This document shows positions 1 to 13,663 of a stretch of 64,000 bases of DNA, piece after piece. Within the stretch, counting starts at the first letter, position 1. Each line of letters opens with the position of its first letter. The translations under genes and the position numbers were made by a program. Source of the DNA: Octopus vulgaris (Eukaryota); assembly GCA_951406725.2 (NCBI GenBank), contig OX597815.1, positions 120,032,001 through 120,096,000 of the forward strand. Direction: 5' to 3'. Under the pieces are notes generated by a model. That model was not told where the DNA came from. It saw only the letters and a program-made list of their open reading frames with translations, and made no database searches.

Positions 1-1289
1 GTTGAGTTATATTGCTTCATGTGAGGTTCTTTATTAATGTTGTGGAATGAGAGAGGTCGTTGTATCCATAATTAATATTTGGTATATAATTAATTGTTGC
101 TAAGGTCATTTAATTTATTTTACATTATTTTTCTTTTTTAAATTTTCATGGTATGTGATAGTGAAAGTAAAGATAAATAGAAAATTTTAATTCTCAACAA
201 AAATAAATAAAACATAAATAGAATTTAATGCACCAGAAAATTTAGATTTAAAGAAGTAAAGTTAATTTTTAAAATTTTGCTATCAAAATAATCATGACTA
301 ATAGAGTGAAGATATAAATTTCTAGTAAAACGGAAATATTAAAAAATGTTGAAGTAACTATTTCTTTAACATGACAGAAGACTATATTTGACTGACATAT
401 TTCAAGACATGTCTTCAGTTCTGCTTTATAAAGCATCTCTAAACAATATTGGAATCTTAAGACATTAAATCCGAGTAAAATGTTTTTGAAATATTCAAAG
501 ATGGAAAGTATTTATTTAATTATTATTATTATTATTTTTTTTTTTTGCTTTCTATAGATTTTTCTTGGACAACATTTAAAAGCAATACAATACTAAAAGA
601 ATTCCAGAAGAATGATTTTATAGACATTAGTGAAATATTTGCAATGATAGGGTCCCTGCTGTATATGAATGACAGGCACTTAGCTTTGTACCGTATTTCA
701 AATATGAACATCTCTAGCTATCTACCTAACGATCTATCCATCCACTTACTTACTAAATGATACACATACACATGCATGTTTAGTTAAATATTTACTTGGA
801 CTGGTTGTCCCATTGTGTCTTTGAGCAGAGCACGTCGTTTTCCATTGCTGTGGGCTACTCCACAGAAAATACATTCAAGCATAGTGTTGGTCTACTATAA
901 GGTCCTGTTTTTGTTGCAGTGTAATGGGATATGTGCCTCAATGACACTGGGAGCTTTGCTAGCAGAACACAAGCTCCTAATAGGGCCTCTTATGTTGGAT
1001 AGGCCAAAGGATAGAAACCAGACTAATATGGATGACTTCTAATAAGTAAAAGTGGGTTTTCATAGAGCCAACATCCCAACCTAGAAGTAAAACAAGTCAG
1101 AAGCATTGATGACAATCCAAAATCAAAAATATGTGGGAGAGGATAGTCTTCACTCAGAACAGCAAAATTCAAAAGGAAAAGGGATACTGTGTTAGAACTG
1201 AAAAAGCAGGAATCCAACTGGAGAAAAACAGAAGAGAAAGCTCTTGTCAAACCATCAAACCCATGCCAGCATGGAAAACAGGTATTAGA

Positions 1290-2330
1290 GGCTGATTTTA
1301 CGCAATGTGGAGGGAACCAGGCTGCTGGAGTTCTGCAATGCAAATGATCTTATGGTTTGTAATACTAACTTCAGGAAACCTGCCAGTCACCTATTCAATG
1401 CGGAAACTAGGGATAGATGAGTGGTTAGTGATAGCTGTACAAGCTATGTACAGGGATGCTGTCAGGAAGGTGAGGGTTGGCAATGAGTATAGTGAAGAAT
1501 TCTGGGTAGGGATAGGGGTTCACCAAAGATCAGGCAGACAAACCACAAATCCTTTCAGGTAGATGGTCCTGCTCAATCTGTAAAAAAGGTATAGGTAGAA
1601 ACTCCATAAGATGTAGCCAGTGTAAGCTATGGACACATAAGAGGTGCAGCAATATCAAAGGAAGGCTAACCGGGAACATAGTTTTTTGTGTGGCAAATGT
1701 TTAGGAGCAATAAACACTGAAAATGTGCAGAAAACAGCTTCCGTCACATGCCAGGAGGAAAACTAGAAATAGTTGATAGCTTCTGTTGCCTAGGTGACCA
1801 AGTCAGTTGTTGGGGTGGATGCTCTGAGAGTGTAGCTGCAAGAATAAGAATAGCCTGGGCTAAGTTCAGAGAGCTCCTACCTCTGCTGGTGACAAAGAGC
1901 CTCTCTCTCAGAGTAAAAGGTAGACGCATGTGTGCAAACAGCCATGCTACATGGCAGTGAAACATGGGCCATGATTACTGAGGACATGCGTAAGCTTGCA
2001 AGGAATGAAGCTAGCATATTCTGCTAAATGTGTAATATCAGTGTGCATACACGACAGTGTGTAACCACCCTGAAAGAAAAGTTGGCCATAAGAACTATCA
2101 GATGTGGTGTGCAAGAGAGATGACAGTGCTGGTATGGTCATGTGTTGCATATGAATTAGGACAGCTGTGTGAAAAAGGGTCACACCCTAACAGTTGAGGG
2201 AACCTGTGGAAGAGCTGGACCCAGAAATACCTGGGATGAGGTGGTGACAATACCTGGGATGAGGTGGTGCAACATACCCTGCCTAATTAAGAGTACCCTT
2301 CAATCTTTGGGCAATAAACTTTGCTTGCAA
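1290..2330 (+). mobile_element. RTE-clade non-LTR retrotransposon remnant (endonuclease end, RT, C-terminus; internally deleted, frameshifted)
   Basis: Translations RNVEGTRLLEFCNANDLMVCNTNFRKP (APE C-terminal), MRKLGIDEWLVIAVQAMY (RT), CKLWTHKRC, ARIRIAWAKFRELLPLL, GRAGPRNTWDEVV; homologous to the copies at 5330-7065 and 15840-16600. Confidence 0.9.
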
Positions 2331-2712
2331 AGACCTGTTGAGTCAAGTGGAGTCATTGCCATGGTTGATACCAGTACCGCCTGACTGACACCTGTGCCAG
2401 TGGCATGTAAAAAGCATTCGAATGTGATCAATGCCAGTGCTGCCTGACAGGTCCCATGCTGGTGGCATGTAAAAAGCACCATTCAAGCATGGTCGTTGCC
2501 AGTACCGCCTGACTGGCCCTCGTGCAGGTGGCACATAAAAATCACCCAATACACGCTCGGAGTGGTTAGTGTTAGGAAGCTGTAGAAGCCTTGCCAGATC
2601 AGATTGGAGCCTGGTACAGCCTTCTGGCTTGCCAGTCCTCAGTAAAATCGTCCAACCCATGCCAGCATGGAAAGCAGACATTAAATGACAACGATGATGA
2701 TGATGATGATGA
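2330..2712 (+). repeat. RTE 3'-UTR / RTE-tail repeat with tandem GGTGGCACGTAAAAAGCACC units and (GAT)n tail
   Basis: Three to four units, then GTTAGGAAG...TGTAGAA, CCAACCCATGCCAGCATGGAAAG and a (GAT)n tail; the same module recurs at least 8 times in the window. Confidence 0.8.
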
Positions 2713-2906
2713 TATATATATCATCATCATCATCGACTATAATAAAACTTTTGTGTTTTCTCCGTCACAACATACGAATGAGAAAGGAAGGAGTAATGGC
2801 AAACCTGGTAGTGGAATGATGAAAGTTCTACGGTGAAAAAATAATCAAACAGCATTTCAGCTTTGCGTGAGTATATATGTGTGTATGTGAAAAGGAGTCA
2901 TTTGAA

Positions 2907-2947
<41 letters not shown>

Positions 2948-3793
2948 GCGTGTGTGTATGTGTGTGTGCAATGGAAGTGGGATGGTGAACATTCAATGCT
3001 GAAAATAAAAATCAAACAGCATTTCAACTCTGTGTGAATGTATGCATGTGTGTGTGTCCATGTACAAGGGAAGTATGTGAATGTTTGTATCTGTGATTAT
3101 TTTGTGCCTTTATATATAAAATAATAAAATTAGCCTTCATTATTGATGGCACAGGGCCAGCTACTTTAATGATGATGATGATGATGTAGTGGGAATACAC
3201 TATATCATTGACCACATTCGAATGCTTTTTACATGCCACTGGCACAGGTGTCAGTCAGGTAGTACTGGTATCAGCCATGGCAATGACTTCACTTGACTCA
3301 ACAGATCTTCGCAAGGTGTTGATGTGGCTGTGTGTATGTTATTACAAGTGTCCATATAGAGATGAAAGAATGAATTCAAGATCTATACATTTACTACATA
3401 AAAATATATTTTATTTACTGATTGATGATGACACATAGAATCAAAATGTAGAATCTAGTTGAATGAAGTAATCTATGCAAGAAAGTTCAGAGATAGAAAA
3501 TGTAGAAATAACAGCTAAGTGGTGGTTCTCAGTCATGTGGCACAGAGAAATAGATGGACATAGCAATGACATGAATGGCTCTAAGTCTAACTGACTAGGA
3601 AGCGAAAAGCTGGGTTAGCAAGCTGTTTTCAATAATGGAATGCTAGACATTCTAGAAACTTCCAAGGGAAACGCTAACCTTCTAGAATAATTAAGAATCA
3701 TGTCTCATGACACAGATGCTTCAAGAAACTTAGAAAAGGTTATTCTATAATCTTTCTTGCAAGGGAGATCATTCAACTATTTTGCTACCTACA

Positions 3794-3833
<40 letters not shown>

Positions 3834-3896
3834 TCATCATCATTTTCATCATGCTGGCATGGGTTGGACAATGGGTGTTAAATGATGATGATGACA

Positions 3897-3929
<33 letters not shown>

Positions 3930-3933
<4 letters not shown>

Positions 3934-4170
3934 TTTTATTCTTTTACTTGTTTCAGTCATTTGACTTAGGCCATGCTGGAGCACCGCCTTTAGTCAAGCA
4001 AACTGACCCAAGGACTTATTCTTTTAAGCTTAGTGCTTATCCTATCAGTCTCTTTTGCCAAACCACTAAGTTATGGGGACATAAACACAGCAGCATCAGT
4101 TGTCAAGTGATGTTGGAGAGGGACAAATGCAGCCACACAAATATATACACGCATACACACATATATATAT
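3930..4170 (-). mobile_element. tRNA-derived SINE family 1 (octopus OK-like), 3' half
   Basis: Matches the 3' half of the full copies at 13850-14258 and 25157-25560. Confidence 0.85.
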
Positions 4171-4402
4171 GTATGTGTGTATATATACATTTCAATTATC
4201 CCTGGAATTTCTACCTTTATAAGTAGTCTGTAATATCTTTGGTGCTTATGGGAATTTTTGCTTCCCTGGTAACTATTTTTTTTTTTTTCCTTGATATATG
4301 TACACATTGAAAAAATATACAAATATTTATATATATATACACACACACACATGTTAGCATGGAAGGCAGAAATTAAACAATGACAATGATGAAGATGACG
4401 AT

Positions 4403-4439
<37 letters not shown>

Positions 4440-4832
4440 GGTAAACAGTAAAAATAATTACAGACATGGACAAGAACATGAAACGCCACAGAGACGACAC
4501 AAGAACCACAGGACGGGACATTCGAAGCCCTCAGTCATCAGTCAAGAACCAGATCATCTTAGCAATTTCAGCTGATTAATCTTGAGATTGCTCCGATATG
4601 GGCAGCCCGCCACGGGAAATCTAAGCCAAGTGCATTAGATCCCCTGGAAGAAAGCTTCGAATGTATACAACACGAGGACGGAAAACGAACGAAGTACACG
4701 AACAAAAATACAGAATACGTGACAACAATAAGAATACAAAAACGTAAAAACAATAACGGTAAAAATAAAGTATAAAAAATAAACAACAAAACAAAACCAG
4801 GACGTAGGACAAGGGTCTTTCGACAGGACGAA
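4440..4832 (-). mobile_element. Short non-coding retroelement fragment between (TA)n tracts; same family as 48950-49855
   Basis: About 250 nt aligns by eye with 49600-49850 (GCTTTCTTCCA..GAGCAATCTCAAGA..TGGTTCTTGACTGA.GA..CTTCGAATG); both copies end at (TA)n. Confidence 0.75.
4531..4592 (-). ncRNA. Candidate non-circularly permuted (rearranged) hammerhead ribozyme
   Basis: Minus strand AGCAA-TC-TCAAGA-ttaa-TCAG-ct-GAAA-TTGCT-n13-TCTTGA-CTGATGA-CTGA: stem III AGCAA/TTGCT, AUC site, stem I TCAAGA/TCTTGA, core CUGAUGA and GAAA, stem II CTGA/TCAG. Confidence 0.6.
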
Positions 4833-5329
4833 TATATATATATATATGTTTGTATGTATATGTGTGTGTGTGTGTATACATGCCATCAGTAAATCATAAA
4901 TCTTTAAGTTATAGAGCAGTAAAGTAATTAGATAAAGATAGCTATAAACCAGCCAAAGATGGCATAGACTGGCCATAGCCATCTTTATTCAATTAATCAT
5001 CATCATCATTGTTTAATGTCAGCCTTCCATACTGGCATGGGTGGGACGGTTCGACAGGAGCCAGCCAGAAACCTGCACCAGACTTCTGTTTTTGCAGGGA
5101 TTTTACAGCTGGATGCTCTTCTTAACACCAACCACCCAGCATATATTTATATATATATATCATCATTGTTTAACGCTCATTTTCCATGCTAGCATGGGTT
5201 GTATAGGGGCCAGAGGAGGCTGGCAAATGACCACGATCGGTTGGTGCTTTTTATGTGTCACCGACACGGATGCTGATCAGGCGGCACTGGCATCAGCCAC
5301 CGTTCTGATGGTGCTTTTTACGTGCTACA

Positions 5330-7065
5330 ATTTCTATTTGATTTTTATTTTGATATTGATGTTGACATACTTGACTCAATAGGTCTTCTCAAGCACAGTG
5401 GGTCACTCTACAACCCAAGGTTAGCACAGCAGGCCATTCTGTGAGCCATGAACTCACTTCACTTGTCGGATCTTCACAGTCACAGCATATCTCAGAGGTC
5501 TCGGCCTTTCGTCATTTCCTCTGTGATGCCCAACATGCCACCGGCATGGGTATCACAACTATAATATCCATTTGATTTTTATTTTGATGTTGATGTACTT
5601 GACTCAATAGGTCTTCTCAAGCACTGCAGGTTGCCCAACAATCCAAGGTAAGCACAGCAGGCCATCCTGTGAGCCATGAACTCACTTCATTTGTTGGGTC
5701 TTCGCAGTTACAGCATATCTCCAGAGGTCTTGGTCTTTCGTTATTACTTCTGTGAGGCTTAATGTTCGAAGGTCTTGCTTGACCACCTCATCCCATGTCT
5801 TCCTGGGTCTACCTCTACCCCAGATTCCTTCAACTGTTTGGGAGTGGCACTTCTTCACTTATCTCTCCTCATCCATCCGTAGTACATGACCATACCAACG
5901 CAAACATCTCTCCTGCATGCCACATCCAATGCTTCTTATATCCAACATTTCTCTCAGGGTGCTTACACTCTGTCGTGCATGCACACTGACATTACACATT
6001 TAGCAGATCATGCTACCTTCATTTCTTTTGAGCCTACGCATGTCCTCCACAGTCATGGCCCATGTTTTACTACCGTGAAGCATGTCAGTTCACACACATG
6101 CGTCATACAATCTACCTTTCACTCTTAGCGAGAGACCCTTTGTCACCAGTAGGGGAAGAAGCTTTCTAAACTTTGCCCAGGCTATTCTTATTCTAGTGGA
6201 AACACTCTCTGAGTATCCACCCTCACTACTAACTTGGTCACCTAGGTAGTGGAAACTATCAACTACTTCTAGTTTCTTCCTCTGGAGTGTAATGAAATCT
6301 GTTTTCTGAGTATCTGTGGTGCCTATTACCTCTGTGCATCTGCTGCATGCAAAAGCTATCTTCTTGGTTAATTTTCCTTTGATGTTGCTGCACCTCTTAT
6401 GTGTCCATAGCTTACATTGGGTACATCTTATGGAGTTTCTACCTACACCTTTTCTACAGATCGAGCAGGGCCACCTACCTATGGTGAGTTCGCCTTCCTA
6501 CTTACTAGAACTGTGGTCTTTGCTACATTGACTCTAAGATCTATTGATTCTAAACCTAGCTTCCACACACGAAATTTCTTTTCTAGTTCCAGTAGTGATT
6601 CTGCTATGAGGGCCAGGTCATCAGCATAGAGGAGCATCCAGGGGCAACCTGTCTTGAATTCCTCTGTTATTGCCTGGAGGATTGTGATGAATAAAAGGGG
6701 ACAGAGGGCTGAACCTTGGTGGACACCTACTTCTACCTGGAATTCCTCACTATACTCATTGCCAATCCTAACCTTACTAACAACCTCTCTGTAACGGGCC
6801 TGTACAGCCCTTACTAACCATTCGTCAATCTCCAGTTTCCGCATCGACCACCAGATAAGGGATCAGGGGACCCTGTCAAAGGTTTTCTTCAAGTCCACAA
6901 AAGCTAAGTATAGGGGTTTATCTTGAGCTAGGTATTTCTCTTGCAGTTGTCAAACCAGGAATATGGCATCAATTGTGTTTCTACCTGGCACAAAACCAAA
7001 CTGCATCTCATCTAAGTAGACTCTCTCTCCCTGATGAGAGGGGCTATGACCCTCTCCATGACCAT
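5330..7065 (-). mobile_element. RTE-clade LINE, 5'-truncated, decayed RT plus 3' region with an approx. 230-bp tandem duplication
   Basis: QFGFVPGRNTIDAIF, GVHQGSALCPLLF, LLYADDLAL (RT catalytic YADD), FHYLGDQ; 5330-5540 is duplicated at 5560-5760. Confidence 0.92.
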
Positions 7066-8144
7066 ATATATACACACACACGCACACACACGCACACATA
7101 CACAAACACACACACACACATACAAACTGGATCTTATAGTTTTTGTCTGCCAAATTCACTCACAAAGGCCTTAATTTGGCTTGAGGATACATTAGAAAAT
7201 ATTGGCCAAAATACTACAGAGTGAGACTGAACCTGGAACCATGGTGTTGCAAAGCAATCTTCTTAACTACACAGCCTTGTTTGTGCCCATATACATGTGT
7301 TTATTTTGATCAACTATTTTCCAAAAAAATCTCATTGGAGACTTTGCCAATTGACTTTCCAGTACATTTTTATATAAAAAAAAATATCAAAAAAAGAAAC
7401 AACTTATTTTCATGCTTGTTATTTTGCACACCTGGAATTGCTGTAGCCCTTTCCTATTTGATTCAGACTTCATTCTTTCAAACTAATCTTTTAAGATCTT
7501 TCTTTTGCGAGGACTTTTCTGTCAAAAGCAGCATTCAAATTTAATAGTGTTTGTGTTTTCTCTGAATTGTTGATCTCCTGAGGACTTCTAAGGCTGTTTG
7601 GCTAATTTGTTTCCTTTTCACATGAACAATTTTAGTCCATTTTGGTTTCTTGTCATTGGCTGCTTTCATTTTGTATACAAGAGCTCTAGCTTCTTATCTT
7701 CATAATTCTCTAGACAAGGAATTATTCAAGTCTACCTCTTACAAAGTTTTCTTCATTGATTTTCACATCCGCAAACTTTTAAATCAATTTCTATAAGAGA
7801 GAGATATGCTTTGTAGTTATGTTGTGTGTAGAAATAGAGTTGCTTTTGATTATAGCTAGACTTCTCCCACCTTTGAGGAAATTTCCAAATACTTGTTAAG
7901 AATTGTCTCTATGTTGACAGGAACAGCATCTTGGAGAAGAATTTTCAGCATTGTTTAACTCTATTTCTTCTGCTTCCACACATAAATTCATAGTAAATTC
8001 ATTAAACCTATGCAAATCTCTTTCTCTGAACAAGAATTCACATGTTTCATTTAAACAAGAATCCACATATTGTATTATGGCTTCATGTACAGCAAAACTA
8101 ACAAGACAGAATTTAAGGCAGAGATCAGTGTGAGTGTGTGTGTT

Positions 8145-8199
<55 letters not shown>

Positions 8200-8863
8200 A
8201 TGTATGTGTGTGTGTGCATGTACACGTGTATGTATGTATGTATGTATGTATGTATGTATGTATGTATGTATTATGAATATATTATGCAAGTCATCTATTA
8301 AGTTCAGAGGTTATGTACATACATGAACACACACACATACACATATACATGAAGTAAATCAAAATTTCTTTATCCTATTCATACTTGAGATAATGTGACC
8401 TGTATTCTGTGAGTTCCTGTATGATTAATCTGGACAACATAGAGTTAGGAAACCAAATTAATGCATTAAATTGTCTCTGTATTTGAAAATCATTGAAATC
8501 ACCTTGTAAATGCCTAAATTACTGAATTTTCAGAGAGTGCAGTTATATAAACTTTCAGAGTGTCAGTCACTTGTTTTTTGAAGATGTGTAACCCTGGTTT
8601 GTCCCCATAAAGCAAACATGGAACATATTAATATTTGGTTAAATGACTAGATGCAATCCACAGATCTAGTGCTTCAGATATGCCTTGGCTTTGCATTGTT
8701 GCGTATTCTCTGACATACAATTGTTTATTATATGTATTGATGTGAGATAAACTGGGCATCTCTTATTTTCTTCTCTGTCAAGCATGGTTCTGCATAATGA
8801 TGTTTTGCTCTGATAGAGCAGATCTATGATCAAAGGAGTTCCAGCCAGGACCAAGCGATATTT

Positions 8864-9068
8864 TCAACCCTTTAACATTTAAACTGAGCATATCTGACTC
8901 AAATATTCTGCCAGATCTGGCTTTTCACACCTACCAAACAATGTCATTCTAAAAATAGACAACACATCATCAAGATCTCCAAGCCACCAGATAATGCAAG
9001 ATTAATTCAAGACAATCTGAATAAACAAGCATTAATTTGACAGAGTAATCTGAATGCTAAAAGGTTAA
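8864..9068. mobile_element. piggyBac-type MITE
   Basis: (TCAA)CCCTTTAACATT ... AATGCTAAAAGG(TTAA): CCC/GG ends with a TTAA-like TSD. Confidence 0.6.
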
Positions 9069-9424
9069 GGTTATCTAGGAATGTAATCCAACGTGCATTT
9101 CTGTTTTTTCGTAATGGTAGGATGTAATTTGAAGGAGAGTCAACTGTTATATGGTGAGATACCATATAGGGCATCGTTGATAGCAGAGTAAGCAGTGCAT
9201 TGGTTTAATAATCAAACTTGTATTCCTTTGTTCTCCAGTTATATCTACAGTTGTGGATGAAGTGAATTTTACCAGAGTATAACAGTTTCTGTTTTGCATC
9301 ACAAATCTGAAGGTACACGTTCTAACCAATAAAGACGCCTGTATGCAATTGTTTGACTTTCTAGAATTAGCAGCTAAAAAAAATCTCTCAAGCTACTACT
9401 TTAAAAATGAAGGAAAAATAAATG

Positions 9425-9585
9425 TAGGCGTAGCTGTGTAATTAGTTTGCTTCCCAACCACATGGATCCAGGTTCAGTCCCACTGCATGGTATCTTGGAC
9501 AAGTATCTTTTACTATAGCCTCAAGCCAACCAAAGCCTTGTGAGTGGATTTGGTAGATGGAAAATGGAAAGTGAAAGATGCCTGT

Positions 9586-9590
<5 letters not shown>
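9425..9590 (+). mobile_element. SINE family 1, 5' half
   Basis: GGTTCAGTCCCACTGC B-box region and CCAAAGCCTTGTGAGTGGATTTGGTAGA. Confidence 0.8.
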
Positions 9591-9640
<50 letters not shown>

Positions 9641-9745
9641 ACAGTGTGCAATGGGTAAATTGTTGCCTTTGTATATTTTTAATTTTACACATGCACATTG
9701 TTTGTTTTTGATTTTGTCGGCTACACAGTATAGTAAGGTTAGATG

Positions 9746-10154
9746 CAGAGCCAGATTAAGACCCATGGAGGCCCTAAGCACTTTAAAGGTTTTGGTGCCT
9801 TCAAGTAAATGTAAATGGTTCAAAATGTAAATGATAATAAACCATAAAATAAATCATTATTTTTCAAAATGAAACAAAACTAACAGTAAAATGGAAAATA
9901 ATGTTTATTTTTGAACGCTTCCATTTTATTTATATTTGAAAAGTTTTCTCCTTGTTTTTTTTTTATTAATTGCAAAGTGTTTATTGACATTGTTAAAATC
10001 AATTTTATGTAAGAGATAAGGCATTACGAATATTATTTTAGCAAGTTTAAAGTGATTTCTTTCATGCCATAAACCATTTTCGTTTCTATGGTGTCCCTGT
10101 CCTTTGATGCCCTAAGCACATGCTTATTTTGCTTAATGGGTTAATCCAGCACTG
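9746..10154. mobile_element. hAT-type MITE with 8-bp TSD
   Basis: TIRs CAGAGCCAGATTAA / TTAATCCAGCACTG; perfect 8-bp duplication GTTAGATG at 9738-9745 and 10155-10162; internal GCCCTAAGCAC repeats. Confidence 0.85.
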
Positions 10155-10169
10155 GTTAGATGGGCACCG

Positions 10170-10830
10170 TCTGTGAGAAAAACAGCAACATGATGCAATT
10201 CACTCTACCAGAAATTTGGAAACAACATGCTGTACTACTTGGCATTCATGCAGGAAGCACCATTTTGAACATTTCAGAGTGTTTGAGTGTCAATCTGAGG
10301 ACAATGCAATCTGAAGACATGTACCAAGAGTGATAAAAATCAAACATCCAGTCAACATCATGGCAATGTTATACCTCCATTCCTCTTCCCACACAGCCAC
10401 AGACTCAACACGGAAGTCTACATCAAGTACTTGGAGGAGGTAGTGCTGTTCTGGGTCAAGAGGGTGGCTGCTGGAAGATCCTATGTCTAGCAACAGGACT
10501 CTGCACCATGCCACACAAGCGGGAGAACCCAGTTATGGCTGTCAGACAATTTCTGCGACCACATCACCCCTAACATCTGGCCACCTAACTCCTCAGACTA
10601 CAACCCTCTTGATTATTATGTGTGGGGCACAGTTGGGTGAACGACCAACAAAACTCCTTGTAACACCAAAGATGAACTGAATGCAAGGATTATGGCAGCA
10701 TTCAACAAAAACAAGGAGACTGTCCAGAAGAGTTGCAGGAGATTCCAAAGTTGTCTCGAGGTATTTCAAGATATTTTAATGTAATTTTGGTTAATATATC
10801 TGTTAAAATGAAATGTATTATTTTCCTTTT
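10170..10830 (+). mobile_element. Tc1/mariner superfamily (maT/DD37D-like) transposase remnant
   Basis: QQDSAPCHT...WLSDNFCDHITPNIWPPNSSDYNPLDYYVWG, with frameshifts and a deletion. Confidence 0.8.
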
Positions 10831-10848
10831 TGTGTAATTTAGACCTCT

Positions 10849-10903
<55 letters not shown>

Positions 10904-13663
10904 TTTATATCTTCATAGCCTAGTGGTTCAATAAAAAGAGATTAATAGAATAAGTACCAGGCTTTTAAAAAAAGTACTGGGTTTGACTCGTTTGACTAAA
11001 CCCTTGAAGGTGGTGCCCCAGGATGGCCTCAGTTTAACGACTGAAACAAGTAAAAGATAAAAGATATCAACTGTATAACGATGTAGAGGAAGAGGAAATA
11101 GGTTTCCAGTAGCAAAATTGTTATTGACAAACTAAGACAACTGCTGAGAGGGACTTTCATAATTTCAATAAATATAGCAGATTTGATGACTAAATAGTTA
11201 CGATGGTGACCTAGTTGTTTCAAATTATGAGGTCAACTGCTGTACCTGACATTGAACTATATTTTAAGAGAACATACTTAATTTCATTCCTGTAAATCAA
11301 TATTAAGTGCTACATTGATTTCACAGTTGAATGATTTGTGTAAGAAAGATCTATTAAATCTTACATGGGAAAATATGAAATTGTGTTACTTTGCTAATAT
11401 AAAGAAATTAGTTGTGAAATTATTAATAAAAATAATTATTTAGGGTTTTCAAAATTGACTAAATTTGGGTGGGGGGTCAGTGAGTGGCAGGTTGGTTAGT
11501 TTTTGGAGCTTTTGCAACTGATAAGACTAAAATGTTACTAAATAATGCTCCATCTTTGTAAAGATGGAGTTTGAAAAGTCAAGCATCGCATCTTTTGGAT
11601 AAGTAATTAATGCTTAGTACATTGCCACTGATATCTTTCCATGCATCAGCAAAAAATCAATCCTGCATCAGGTCAAGTGAAAGAAGTAATTCTAAGATAT
11701 CCTCCTCCTCATCATCATCATCATCATCATCACCACCACCACCATCATTCTCCACCTCCCATTATCATAATTGTTATCATCATCATCATCATCATCACCA
11801 TTTTAATGCCCTATTTTCCATGCTTGCATAGACCAGATGGAATTCATTAAGGCAAATTTTCTACAGCCAGATTCCTGTGTGTCTGCTTTCCTTTCTTACA
11901 TGGTTTGCTCAGGTTGTCATGATCTAGGTCAGTTATTATTCAGAGTTACTGGCCTTTTAGACAGGTTAGAGAATCCTGTCTTGCTTGCATATTTCCTTTT
12001 TGGCATATTGTCTATGGCTAGATGCCATTTCTGTCACCGACCACTTTACAGAGTGTACTGACTGCATATTATCATGGCACCAACATGAGTGAGGTTGTCA
12101 AGTCCTCAACAAGACTAAAAAGTCTTCTCAGTCATATTTAGTCTTATTTTATATTTGTTTTTATCTTTTAGTTTGGAAGGAAGGCAGTGTCCATAATACC
12201 CTGCAGAGTCTCTGAGTCTGATAGAAGGAAGGAAGGTATCCTCAAACTAGTGACCTTGCCTGAATGCTTTCAACATAATGGACTCTACTAAAGGCAACCA
12301 AGGACCAGGTGGTGTTGAACCAGGTGACAGGTTGGTCTACCTCCTTAGTAGACCATAGTGGAATTTGAACTCAGAAGGCAAAGAGCTGGAACGAATACCA
12401 CAGGGCATCTACACTGATGTTTCTTTAATGTTTCAGCCTGTATTGATACATTTTTTTTTTATCAAAAAGATAAAAGCAAAGCTGACCTTGGTGGAATTTC
12501 AACTCAGACTGCAGACAGTTGGAACAAATATTGTAAAGCATTCTGTCTGATACTCTAATTTACCAATCACTTCATGGTTTGTTTTGAGTGCATTTTATCT
12601 TGGCACCAACACTAATGAGGTTGCCTCATACACTTTAAGAGTCTTTTTTTTATCTATGATGTGTGTGTTCACTCAAAGTTTAAAAATTGTAATTTCACAG
12701 AAGCATTGCAAAAGTTGTTAGTTTGGTTTTGATTATTTTCCTAACTAACAAATCTTTGAAGATAAAATGGTAAAGAGAGTGGAATACACTTATAAAGGAT
12801 TTTAAATCTCATTTTGTTAAATTAGAAAAAAATGTTATTGTCAACAAGAGTAGTCACAGATATTCTTGTGTGGTTCAGAAATTTGTTTCTCAATCACATG
12901 GTTTGGATTCAGCTCCACTGTGTGGCACATTGTGCAAGTGTCTTCTGGTATAGCTCAAGACCAATAAATATATATATAGAAAAAAGTGAAAGGGGTACAG
13001 TGAACTTGCCCATGAGGAGTGGAATATCCAACGTTTTGAATTTAGTCCTTTGTCAGGGAAGAAAAAAGAAGAAAAAGAGTAAAAAGTCAAACAGAGTTTA
13101 CATCCTCTCAGCTTGAAAAACTGGCTGCAACTGATAACATACATATAAGTGATATATACCTACATACACACACACATGCACACACACACACATAAGATTT
13201 AAAATAAAAACTCAAAATTAGGCAAGCAACTTTTTTTTACATGCTCATACACAGTTATAAATTCGACTTAAAATGTGTATCTATATATTATATATTAATA
13301 CATTTTGACATATATGAATATTTAAAAAAATATAAATATATATAAATATACATAAAAACACATGTAAATAGAACCTATGTGGAATATATATGGAAGAAAA
13401 AGTGTCAGGAAAAGAGAACTGGTAAAATTTTTTTTTTTGTATACTAAGATTAAGAGTGGTTAAGAGTTCAAATTAACAGATCCATAAAATTCAATCTTTT
13501 TTTTTTAATATATAAATGGTATATAATACAATTCAAGTAAGTCCACTTTCTACAGCCATTTCTAGAGTTTATGTCCTGGTAGAAAAATTATAGAAATTTT
13601 ACAAACCATGCTGACAATGTCTCACCAAAAATTGTCAAGAATGTGATTTTATAATGGGGATAC

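Noticed and set aside
388-422. Minus-strand CTGAAGA-CATGTCTT-GAAA-TATG-TC hammerhead-like string
   Set aside because: No convincing stem I or stem II; at best a decayed motif.
7300-8130. Minus-strand purine-rich unique region with ORF 7896-8225
   Set aside because: No recognisable domain, multiple stops downstream, and the ORF start lies in a (CA)n tract.
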